Source: Chlorokybus atmophyticus
Lineage: Eukaryota; Plantae; Mesostigma and Chlorokybus algae
NCBI GenBank assembly: GCA_009103225.1
Contig: RHPI01003536.1
Coordinates: 62,001 to 126,000, forward strand
Direction: 5' to 3'
DNA: 64,000 nucleotides
Shown here in pieces: positions 11,840 to 22,349 of this stretch (position 1 is its first letter; the number at the start of each line of letters is the position of its first letter). The translations under genes and the position numbers were made by a program. The notes under the pieces are model-generated. The model saw nothing but the letters and a program-made list of their open reading frames with translations, was not told where the DNA came from and searched no databases.

Positions 11840-14800
11840 CTCTTTGCTCAAGTGAGTGTAGTTGCAGGCTGTACATCAGCATCGCAATCTGTAGTTGTAC
11901 ACATCGCAGTGCAGTGCTGTCACCGTCAGCGCATAGCGCGCACAAGCGCTAGTGTGTTGGGTGATAGCAACACTGGAGATTCCATTGTAGAGCACAAATA
12001 CTCTACCCTTCATCCACTTTCACCATCGCATCAGCTGTATGAGCAGGCCCACCCCTTTCTCGCCAATAGAAGAAGGGGACCTCAACAGCTGGAGCCCAAC
12101 CTCCAACCTTCATGATGTGTGGAAGTCCGTCGCTGAGTTGCACAAGATTGATGGCTATGGCGAGTTGGCCAGCACAATAGCCTCCACGTCACTTCATAGC
12201 CCATCGGTTACTGTCCATATATTAGCGACCCCACCAGCCTCAGTCACGGGTCTCACTCTAACTGCAGCCATGGAGAAGGCAGAGAATGAAGAAGTTGAGG
12301 TGGTAGTGGCCTCGTCGACTCCTGCAGAGATCGAAAGCAGGAAGGCCGAGCGCCGGATCAGGATACTCAACCGCACCGCTGCCATCATCAGGGAGCAACA
12401 AGAGGAGCAGCAAGCTGCAGCGTTGGAGATGGGTACGCCCCTGCTACCAACACCGAACTCGCGTGCTCCAACGGGAGGCAGTGTTTTCACCCTCGGCTCA
12501 GTGGCATTGCGTGCACCCGCGCTTACGGTGGGCGCGGCCATGTCGGACTCCCCGTTGAAAGACCTCTACGCCGCACTTCGGCGCACCTTCCCACCTCAAA
12601 CCAACAGCAAGGTGGAGGAGTTGAGGCGTTTTCGACGGAAGCCCAATGAGGACCCTCTCCGACTGTATTCACGGTTGGAAGGGTTGCTTAGGGACACTGA
12701 TTACAAAATCGTCAGCGAGGAGGCGGCAGCAGTGGTGTATGTGGCCGAGTTGGATCCCACCCTGAGTGAGTCAACGCGCCTGACGCTGAACTACAGCAGG
12801 CCCCTCGGCTACACCCTCAAGGAAGCTTTCGAGACTGCACAAGCCATCCACAAGCGCGCAGTGTATGAGAAAGCGGTGCTGGACACCAACCGCAGTGCCT
12901 CGCGGCCTATGGCAGGCACAAGTGCAGAGCCTCTTCGGCGAGACCGCAGCCGAGAGCCGCAAGGCATCCACAACAAGGATAAACGGTCAGCTCATGCTGC
13001 CCTGGTGGCTCCAGTGCTGTGCCACCGGTGTGGTCGACATGGCCACTACCAAAAGGAGTGCACCGAAGATTATGGCAACCTTGTGTGCGACTACTGTCAC
13101 AAGACGAGACACTTGGAGACAGTATGCTGGCTCAAGTTCCCTGAGCTGCGGCCCTCCATTGGCTACAACAACGGCAACAGCGCTGTTGGCTATCGCGGCA
13201 ACAACAACAACAACAACGGGGGCTACAACAACAGCAACCACGCTGGCGGCTACAACAACAGCAACAACGCTGGTGGTCGCAACAATGGCAACCACGCTGG
13301 TGGCCACAACCCCAACAACAACAACAACGCTGGCGCCCGAGAAGCTGGCTACAGAGGGAAAAACCGCCCTCCACAGCACAAAGGACTTGAGGGACGTCCT
13401 CGCGCTGGAGCTGCTGCTGTAAAGGCACCAGCCAATCCACCAGCTATTGACCAAGTGGCAGCCCTGATGGCGCGCGTGGCACAGCTGGAGGAGAACAAGG
13501 AGCAGGACTACCAAGCCTGCTATGCTGCTAGGTGGGCACTGATGGCACCAAAACGGGATAGGGACACTCCCACGCCGTCACGCGTACAACCATCAAGACG
13601 TGCGCGCAGGGAAGCTGGCGCGTCGTCAACAGCGGCATCGTCGGACGCCACAAGTGGTGCTGCCTCGACAGCCACAACCACCGCTGGGACGACGCCGTCG
13701 CCGTCCACACCGACCACGACAGCAGGTGTCAGCACTCTTGGCACCACGCTGTCCCCGGCAATGGAGAGCACCCACGCCGCAACAACCATGGTCGTTGGGT
13801 TCGTAAGTGGTGAATCCACCACTCCTGCCTCCATCGAAGCGACCACATTGTCCGCAACTGCTGCCACCCTCACAGCCGCCACCTCAACAACAACGACTGC
13901 TGCAGGTGCCGCCACCATCGCTTCCAGTAGTGCTGCCATACCCACTGCACCACTTCCTGAGGTTCGAACGGCACCGCCACCAGCGCTTGACGTCACACAG
14001 CAAGTGCCACGCGGGCCACAAGCAGAACGCGCCTGGGCGTCAGTTCTACGCAACGTGGAGCCCACCACCATTGCGTACGGACCAGGTGGGCAATGCACCA
14101 CACGCGTGGCACGCGATGATCGCATCTTGCCCCTACCACCTCCAGAGTACCACACGCTGCCGGAACCCACACAACAGCAGCTGGAGGATGAAATCCTCGC
14201 CGGCACTGCGCCAGAGATGAGGGACCGTCTCTTCGGGGTCACCTACGGGCGACCTGCAGTATTAGAGCTGGCCATTATGTTGTTCTTGGCATTACACGCA
14301 CGATTGCAAGGCGCACCCAGTCAAACGCGGCAACCCATGCCCGCTCAACAGATCGACTTCGAGCCTTCGCCACTGGACCCACTCGGACTTCAGCGCCACA
14401 AAATACAAGACCTCGTGGTCACCATGTCAGACATCGCGCTGGGCACTGATCCCGCTCTCCGGGGGCTCACTCCAGGCAGTCGTCAAGAGCGTTTCTCTGC
14501 TCTCGAACAGGCACATCGTCATCAGGTGGACCAAGCTGCCCAAGTGGACGCTCGCCGACAAGCGTACGAAGCCGCACACGCGGTTATCGTACCAACCATA
14601 GCTCCGGCAGATGTTGCCAGCGCCTCTACAACGCTGACAACAGGGTACTCCACGGCAGTCGCCATCGAACAGCCAGGGCAAGCAACTGTTGCAGACCAAG
14701 CGAGGGCGTTGGCACAACAATTGAGGGGGGTAATCGCCCCGCTGCTGCCTTCTTTGGTCGAAGACATGCCCGAGGATCAACGCGATGCAGGGCGAGGGTA

Positions 14801-16607
14801 CCTCACCCCGCAAGGGGACACCACACAACGAGGAGGAGCTGGTATGGTGGGGGAGCAACAACTCCGTACCGCACTCATCCGGCAAGCTGTCATGCTGCAC
14901 ATGCCTGAGGGCAACACGTTGAGACAGATGATGGGGATGCAAGAGGGCAGCGCCGCTCGTGCCCGTCTCGTGACATGGCTCGTTGCCAATTACCCTGCTG
15001 TCCCCCTGTTTGCCTTTGGCAATCGAGCATCATGGTTTGGGGCGTTCGTTCATTCGCTGCGTCAAGCATACGACGAGGCTGCCACCACAGCCCCGGACAC
15101 GCTAGAGGGAGTGCAAGAGGCAATGCTGCGGCTGCCAGGGGTGGAAGCCGCACGACAACGGCGGCGCATCGCCATTGCTCATGAGCTACACGCACAGCAG
15201 ACTGACCTCCAGCGCACCCGACGCGCGCGCGCCATGACCGTGCTCGATGTGGGAGTGGTACAAGGAAGGTGGGATGCCTACATGGCAGGGATCTTGCGAG
15301 TCCCCACCATCACTCACGATATGCGACGACAGCTGCTACGCACCGTATACCTGCAGCCCATGCCTCAATATCATCATTGGACCGACACGGACACCGAGCC
15401 CACGGCCACGTGGGAAGGGACGTTGGTCAGAGAAGCAGCTCATGCTGTCCGATGGACGTACGCCGCGGAGCAAGCTGAACGCGAGGCAGGCCCACAAACA
15501 CCGGGGCCGCCGGGGTTTCCTCCACAGCCATTGGGTACACCCGCAGGCATGATTCCATCTTCGCAGAGGCGGCATCCACCTGCACCGCCACCACAACCAG
15601 CGCCGGAACCTCCAGCATCGAGGCCCCCCCGTGTCTACCAACCATCACGACAAGGTCGGTTCGGCAGAGGGAGAGGGCAAGGAGGGGGTTCTCCGGACCC
15701 AGCAGGCAGAGGAGCTCTGGCTGCAATGCGCTCAGCACCCCCAGCTGAGAGAACTGAGGCAAAGGTGCAGACAGCTCGTATGAAGAGGCTGCGTATCGAC
15801 GCCAATGCTGCCATGGTGGCCAACCAAGGCAGGCACGTTACCATCAACGGCCTGGCACCCAAGCGAGCAATGTTGGACACTGGAGCACAGCCTGTCATCA
15901 TCGGGCGCTTCCTCGCGCGGTCTCTCGGCATAACCAGCTCCGACTTGGTGCCTTGCCCGTACGTGTTGTACACTGCCACAGGTAGCCGAGATAAGGTGAT
16001 GGGAGTCACCAGGGAGGCCTTTTGCATTCGGTTGACAGGGCTGGACCCAACTCACACAACCGAGGTCGTCCAGCAATGTGTGGTCACCAATGCCGGCTCC
16101 TTCGACTTTCTGCTTGGGCAGGACTTCAACTTCCCTGTGGGCATGGGCCTCGACTGCTAAACAGAGCGAGCGTGGTTTCGGCCACATTGGGATGAGGATG
16201 ACGGGGAGGTGCAGGGTTTCCTGCCTCTCGAGTTGGTCTCGCGCACGCGCGCCCAGCGCAGAGTGGCTGCTGTGGCCACACGCAACCACTTTCGCACACG
16301 GAAGGCTGCAACGGCCACAAACGACGGCGCTCGGACGCAAGTCGCTGCTGGTGCCACGGTCCTGTGTCGGACCGTCGACTCCTCTCCCACCCCGTACAAC
16401 GAGGAGCAGGAGGATGCCACCGTGGAAGTGGCAGTACAAGACCCAGCTGAACGGCGCTGGCGTGCACAGGTGGACGCACACATCTTGCTCAGCCATCCAC
16501 TGATCACCACGCGCTTCCCCAACTACCGAAGCCACATCAAGGTGCAGGACCACCATATGGTGGCCACCGGAGTGGTGGAGTTCCACACCTTTCGCAGGCA
16601 GCAGGGC

Positions 16608-17560
16608 ATCACAGTGTTGGAGCTGTTCGGAGGCATTGGCAGCGGTCTTGCTGCGGTCCTCAACACAGGGGTAAAGGTTGTCAAACACTATTACTGTGAC
16701 CCAGACCCACACGCGCAGACAGCCCTGAAACACCACTTACGCCAACTGCACGAAAGGTATTCATGTCAACTACCCCTCTCGGCGTTGCAAGGCAGCCTCA
16801 AAGCATTGCCACAAGACATCCGGCTGATCACTGAAGGTCACCTACTGTCCCTCGGCAACGTCGACCTGTTAATAGCTGGGTGGGAATGCCAAGGGCACTC
16901 CAGGGCAGGCAAGGGGCACGGCCTTGAAAACCCTCGCTTCGGGCTGTTTTTGGAGCTGATGAGAATCATCCACCTTCTTCAACACGACCAGATCTCCAGA
17001 CCCCTGGGGTACGTCATCGAAAATGTGCATTCAGAGGACGACAGGCGTCCGCACGTGGTCTCCAGCTACCGACAAGTTTGCTCCATTCTGGGGCACCCAC
17101 TCAAGGTGAACGCTGCACGACATGGCTCGCGCGCACATCGTATACGTGCAAAGTGGACAAACTTGGCCACCGTGGAAGAACTCATGACCGCAGAATACAC
17201 GCGCAGCGCTCGGCCGCGCGACCAGCTGGTCAGTGACATCCTTGACCCCGGCCGCACAGCACAACCTGTCCTGCGTCATGACCACCACCACTTTTACCCG
17301 TGCAATCAGCCCGGGCAGCCCCGTCGCGCACTGTCCACATTGGTGTCCTACCCAGGCTCCTACGCATTCCGGAACGGTGGTGACGGGATGGTGTTTGATG
17401 CGACCACCAACAGGTTGGAGGAACCCAACGCGCGCGAACGTGAACGCGCCATGGGATCCTTCCCCAATAGCATCACGGGTTCATCGCTGACAGATAGTCA
17501 GCAATGCCAGCTGCTTGGCCGCGCCATGGACCAAAACAGCATGGTATGGCTACTGGAGCT
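16608..17560 (+). CDS. Cytosine-C5 DNA methyltransferase domain embedded between protease and RT
   Basis: Motif I VLELFGGIG; IV DLLIAGWECQGHSRAG; VI YVIENV; VIII HGSRAHRIRAKW; IX/X-like EPNARERERAMG..LLGRAM, in canonical order. Confidence 0.9.
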
Positions 17561-20500
17561 GAGCTTCGCATTACAAGACCGCCACGTGTCCTTCGAGGAT
17601 CTCGAACACTTGGCTGGGGGGTGGGCTGATCGCGAAGTCGACACCAAGGCAGCTCACACAGCCCTCGAGGTGGTCCACATGGAGGAGCAAGCAGCAGTGA
17701 CAGTGGAGGACATTTTCGTGGTCGCCAATGCAACCTCTTGGGACCATGCCATTGGCTCGCTGACCACAGAAGACACTCGAGAGAAGCTGGAGGCTCTCCT
17801 CAACAAATGGAGGAGCCAATTCAGCTTCAATGTGAAGGAATTGGGGACATGCTCAGTGTACCAGATGGACATCGAGCTGGTGGACACTGAGCCGGTGTTC
17901 CGGCGACAATACAGCCTCTCCAAGTTGGAGGAGGACCTGGTGGAACAAAGATGTAAAGCGCTGCTTGATGCAGGCCTTATCGAAGAGTCCACATCGGACT
18001 TCGCAGCAGCAACTGTCATGCCTCTGAAGAAGGATTCAGCAGGCAACTGGACAGAACGACGCATGTGTGGCGACTATCGCCCCCTCAACAACAAGACCAA
18101 GCAAGACAGGTACCCCATGCCCACAGCGGAGGGTATCTTTGATGATGTGGGAGACTGCACAGTCTTCAGCATCCTGGACATGCGTCAAGGGTACAACCAA
18201 ATCGCCATCAAGGACGAGGACAAGCACAAGACCTCCTTCTGGGGCAACCGACAGTTGTACCAATGAAAGGTGATGCCGTTCGGGCTGAAGAACGCCCCCG
18301 CCAAGTTTCAACGCGTCATGGACAAGGCCTTGAAGGGGCTGGACTGCGCGCGGTGCTACATCGATGACATCCTCATCTTCAGCCGCAGCAGCGAGGAGCA
18401 TCTTCAGCACATCGAAGCGGTGCTGGAACGACTCAAGGGAGTGGGGATGACCGTACACCCCGACAAGTGTACCTTCTTCACTCACAAGGTGCCATACTTA
18501 GGGCACATGATTGTGCCCCATGGTATGTATGTGCAGCAGGCAAAAGTAGAGGCTCTGGCAGCTATCCCTGCCCCGACAGACCTCACACGTCTGCGCGCTT
18601 TCTTGGGACTTGCCAACTACTTTCGCCGGTTCGTGAAGGACTTCGCGATGATCGCCAGGCCCCTCAACGAGCTACTGAAGAAGGAGGTGGAGTTCGCATG
18701 GCTTGAGCCGCAACAGCAGGCCTTCGAGGAGCTAAAGAGCAGGCTCACCAGCACTCCCATCCTTCAACGTGCGGACTACGCCAAGCCTTTCATCCTTCAC
18801 ACCGACTGGAGCAAGCTGGGGATGGGAGCGGTGCTGGTGCAGCACGATGAGAACAAGAAGGAGCGGGTGGTGTCATACGCCAGCCGAAGCAACAACAGCG
18901 CCGAGGCCAACTACAGCAGCTACGAAGGGGAGTGCCTCGCTGCAGTGTGGGCCATCTCCTTCTTCCAACCTTTCCTCTTTGGGCGACAGTTCCAACTGAT
19001 CACCAATCATCAGCCCCTCAAGTGGCTGATGACCAACCAACACCTGACAGGGAAACTTGCTCGATGGGCCCTGCTGTTGCAGGAATACGACTTCGAGATC
19101 GACCACCGCGCTGGCCTCACCAACCAGGACGCCGATGGCCTCAGTCGCAACCCTCACCTCAGCAGCAACGACGCAACTGGAGCTCGGCATGAGCTCGTCC
19201 CTGCAGCAACAGCCCCCACCATGGCAGCCATGTTTGCTGCTGCCGCGTTGCGCTCAGGGCGCAAGACCAACACCACGGCCTCAGCAATAGCAGAGGAAAT
19301 TCCTGCCCTTGAGCCGACGGACTCTGCTACAACCACACCCTTGGGAGACGCCCACGCAGCCGACATTGACATCGATAACATAGAGCTGGCGCCCACTGAC
19401 ACCAGGCAGGACATATGGCAGGACAAGCCATCACTCTCCTTTCTTCAAATTGGCCAGCTTCCCTCCGGCATGAGCGCCCGAGAGAAAGACCGAGTCAACC
19501 AACGCACCCGTCACTATCGATGGGCAGGTGACAAGCTGTATCGCCGCTTCCACGACGAAGACAAGGAAGTGCCGACCCCGATCACGCGCGAGGGCATCAT
19601 CACTTCCCTCCATACTGAGCTTGGACACTTCGGTGTCAAGCGTACAGTCAGCCTAGTGAGGCCACAATATTGGTGGTATGGATTAACAAAACAGGTGCAG
19701 GGGTTCGTCAGCCACTGCCAACAGTGTGACATGGTGCGCGCCAGCCTCAACACGCGTAGCGCCACCTTGCACCCACTCCCCATCTCCGGTATCTTTTATC
19801 AATGGGGACTCGACATATTGGGGGACTTGGCACCTTCAGCACGTGGCAACCGGTACATCCTGGTCATGATCGAGCACTTCTCCAAATGGGTGGAGCTGGT
19901 ACCATTACCCGACAAGAGCAGCAGGGGGGTGTCTCAAGCCTTCCTCTCTCACGTTCTCAGCCGATTTGACAGCTGCGCGGAGGTCATCACTGACCAAGGT
20001 ACTGAGTTCAGAGGGGAATTCGACACCCTCTTGGACAAATGTTACATCGACCACCGTCGGACCTCGCGTGATCACCCTCAAGCCGACGGCCTCGCCGAGC
20101 GTACAGTACAGACCATCAAGAAGGCACTCCGCAAGTACGTGCTGGAGTACGAGAAGAACACTTGGGATGATCACCTCCCGTGGGTGGCCCTCAGATATCG
20201 ATTGTCAAAGCAGGCGGCTCTGCGGGAGTACAGCCCGTACTACCTGCTGTTCGGGCGACCAGCATTGCTCCCCTTCCGTGCGCAGCAGGAGGTGGATCGC
20301 GTCGTGAACAACCTCGACGACCCTGACTGGATGCACCACGACATCACCACGCGCGCCGCGCTTTTCGAGCGCACCGTCCCCATGGCCTTCAACAACCTGC
20401 GTATCGCGCAGCATCGCGACACGCTGCGCTACGAGCGCGTACGCAGCGGCTTCTACAAGGAGCGCCAACGGCGGTTCCAAGCGGGGGACTTTGCCTATCG

Positions 20501-20708
20501 CATGGCGGCCACTAAAGACACGCTTGACACCTCCGTAGGCCGCACCGTCTACAAGGTACTCAAAGTGTACCCCACAGGGGTGCTGGACCTCTTTGGTCAA
20601 AACGGAGAGAGGTTGAAGGACAACATGGTGAACTGTGCGCCATGTCACCTTCCTTATGTAGCCGGCTTCGGGCGTATCCAGCACCCTCGTCCCGCGCGCA
20701 ACACACGC

Positions 20709-20843
20709 TGTAAACGCTGCGGCAGCGCCGGCGACGACGCACTCATGATGCTCTGAGATGGCTGCAACAAGGGCCTGAATTGCTACTGCCTGGAGCCACC
20801 TCTGGACGCGATACCTATGGAGGAGTATTGGTGCGGCGATTGT
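20709..20843 (+). CDS. Degenerate C-terminal PHD finger (missed by the ORF track because of a stop)
   Basis: Read-through gives CKRCGSAGDDALMML*DGCNKGLNCYCLEPPLDAIPMEEYWCGDC, which has PHD C4HC3 spacing with the third Cys changed to TGA and the His changed to Asn. Confidence 0.8.
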
Positions 20844-20910
20844 CGTACCAACGGCCCTCCTCACTTGCGCTAGCAGCTGAGCTCTGGAGCTGGAACCTCC
20901 CCCAGAGCCC

Positions 20911-20919
20911 AAGGGGGGG
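20911..20919 (+). promoter_or_regulatory. Polypurine tract (AAGGGGGGG)
   Basis: Lies directly upstream of repeat B1, about 40 bp after the polyprotein stop. Confidence 0.8.
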
Positions 20920-21162
20920 TGGCTTGTTGACTTTGTGGGCTACAGCACAGCATGTACACTAGGGAGAGCACCGACTCCATCTGCCCGTACTACCCAGCAG
21001 CAGCAGACCAGCTGCACGAAGCACTTGTCACCATGAGGGTTGGGGTCACCTTTTGCTTGTTGCTGCACGTTGCACAGGTGGCGCAGCAGCATATCCAGCA
21101 CGGCATGGCTGTCCATGCAGCTGTCCGAGACAGCGTGACCCTCGACTCCCCTCGACCCGACA
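20919..21162 (+). repeat. Repeat B1 (244 bp)
   Basis: Aligns with 21755-21998, about 7 differences by eye; begins GTGGCTTGTTGACTT and ends CCCGACA. Confidence 0.95.
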
Positions 21163-21164
21163 GC

Positions 21165-21769
21165 TGTCATGCCTATCGCCCAAGCATGCCAGTCATCATC
21201 GGGCATGCCTACAGCGAGACCCTCGCCCGGCTTACCAGCATGGCGACCCGCGTGCGTCTCTGACCAGTAGCTAGGTCATGTCTCTAGAGTAGCTCATGAC
21301 CATAGCCTACATAGGCACCGCGCGTAGCTGTTTAGTTGTGAGTTCAGTTATAAGTTGGGTTCTATATCGAGTGGTGATTTCCTGTGGAAATAGCCTCGAT
21401 ATGACCGTTAGCTTATGTTCTGGACAGTCATGAGTTGACTTGTATAAGTAGGCACAGTGTTCACCGGATCAGCTGGTAACACTGTAAGTGAGAAAGCTAA
21501 GAGCTTGTGAAGCGACTTGAACTACGAAACACCCCGTCCCGGTTCCCAAGAATCCCCTCACCGTGTGAGAGCCTGTGCATGTTCTTATGCACTGTGCTTG
21601 TCTTTGCTGTGAGCTTTGTGTACTTGGTCGCGGTGTGCTTTTAGCATCAGTCAGGGTATAGCTTCCACGTGTTGCTTGCTCATTCACCTCACTTAACAGT
21701 GTAATTTCTCTTCCACTCATGCAAAGAACTGTGTAAACAGCACTACCTATAGTAGTGGCTTGTTGACTT
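21165..21769 (+). repeat. Repeat A2 (605 bp)
   Basis: Copy of 11224-11828. Confidence 0.95.
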
Positions 21770-21998
21770 TGTGTGCTACAGCACAGCATGTACACTAGGG
21801 AGAGCACCGACTCCATCTGCCCGTACTACCCAGCAGCAGCAGACCAGCTGCACAAAGCACTTGTCACCATGAGGGTTGGGGTTATCTTTTGCTTTTTGCT
21901 GCACGTTGCACAGGTGGCGCAGCAGCATGTCCAGCACTGCATGGCTGTCCATGCAGCTGTCCGAGACAGCGTGACCCTCGACTCCCCTCGACCCGACA
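21755..21998 (+). repeat. Terminal repeat B2 (244 bp), overlapping A2 by 15 bp
   Basis: Copy of 20919-21162, followed by GTGT. Confidence 0.95.
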
Positions 21999-22262
21999 GT
22001 GTTTCCCCTCATTTCCCCACTAAAAATTGCTCAAAATAATGCATGCTGCAAGAAAAGTTGTCGTCCACTGTTTGTCAAGTTGGTATTCATGTGTATGTCA
22101 AGGATTGTTGTGGCCTTTATGTGGGTCTTTGCAATCTTACATAATGGATGTTCGCTGTATTAAAAGCAGCTTACTTATCCGATTGGTCAGAATCTGCCAA
22201 CTGGATCGCTTGCGGCGAGGACAAGTCTGTAAGTCCGCTCCTCCCTTTTTACCGCGTCGGCA

Positions 22263-22346
22263 TAGGGTGAGGATTGAACCCCTAGACTTTTCGAATGCGA
22301 AGCTGATACAGCTCATGGCTGAAGTGCTTAGCAAGTGCGCTACCCC
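22263..22346 (-). other. Degenerate tRNA-like / SINE-head sequence
   Basis: Minus strand GGGGTAGCGCACTTG (A-box-like) ... GGGGTTCAATCC (B-box/T-loop-like); the stems are imperfect. Confidence 0.3.
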
Positions 22347-22349
22347 ATC

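Larger units (their letters stand above)
12039..20873 (+). pseudogene. Single-frame gag-pol polyprotein: Gag (2 CCHC knuckles) - long linker - aspartic protease - C5 DNMT - RT - RNase H - integrase - PHD; three in-frame stops
   Basis: ORFs 12039-16160, 16209-18266 and 18270-20756 share one frame, broken by TAA at 16158, TGA at 18264 (LYQ*KVMPFGL, normally W) and TGA at 20754. Motifs: CHRCGRHGHYQKEC, CDYCHKTRHLETVC, LDTGA, YIDDILIFS, LHTDWS, WGLDILG..ITDQGTEF..ADGLAER. Confidence 0.92.
11224..21998 (+). mobile_element. Ty3/Gypsy-type retrotransposon with DDE integrase, DNMT and PHD domains and split direct-repeat termini (A1-coding-B1-A2-B2)
   Basis: Starts TGTCATG (11224) and ends CCCGACA (21998). 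GTGT flanks both sides (11220-11223 and 21999-22002), consistent with a 4-bp TSD. Repeats A (605 bp) and B (244 bp) each occur twice, and a gag-pol frame lies inside. Confidence 0.92.

Noticed and set aside
12194-20912. Many antisense and alternate-frame ORFs over the retroelement
   Set aside because: They are shadows of a GC-rich coding frame with no recognisable motifs.
11224-21998. Reading the element as an ordinary LTR pair (A1/A2) with B as chance flanking duplication
   Set aside because: The PPT abuts B1 rather than A2, A does not end in CA, and the GTGT duplication flanks A1 and B2, so the ordinary model does not fit this copy.
11224-21998. DIRS/Ngaro/PAT tyrosine-recombinase element
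   Set aside because: I found no YR-like ORF in either frame. RT-RH-INT order, the HHCC/DDE integrase motifs and the TG..CA ends with a TSD are Ty3/Gypsy-type.
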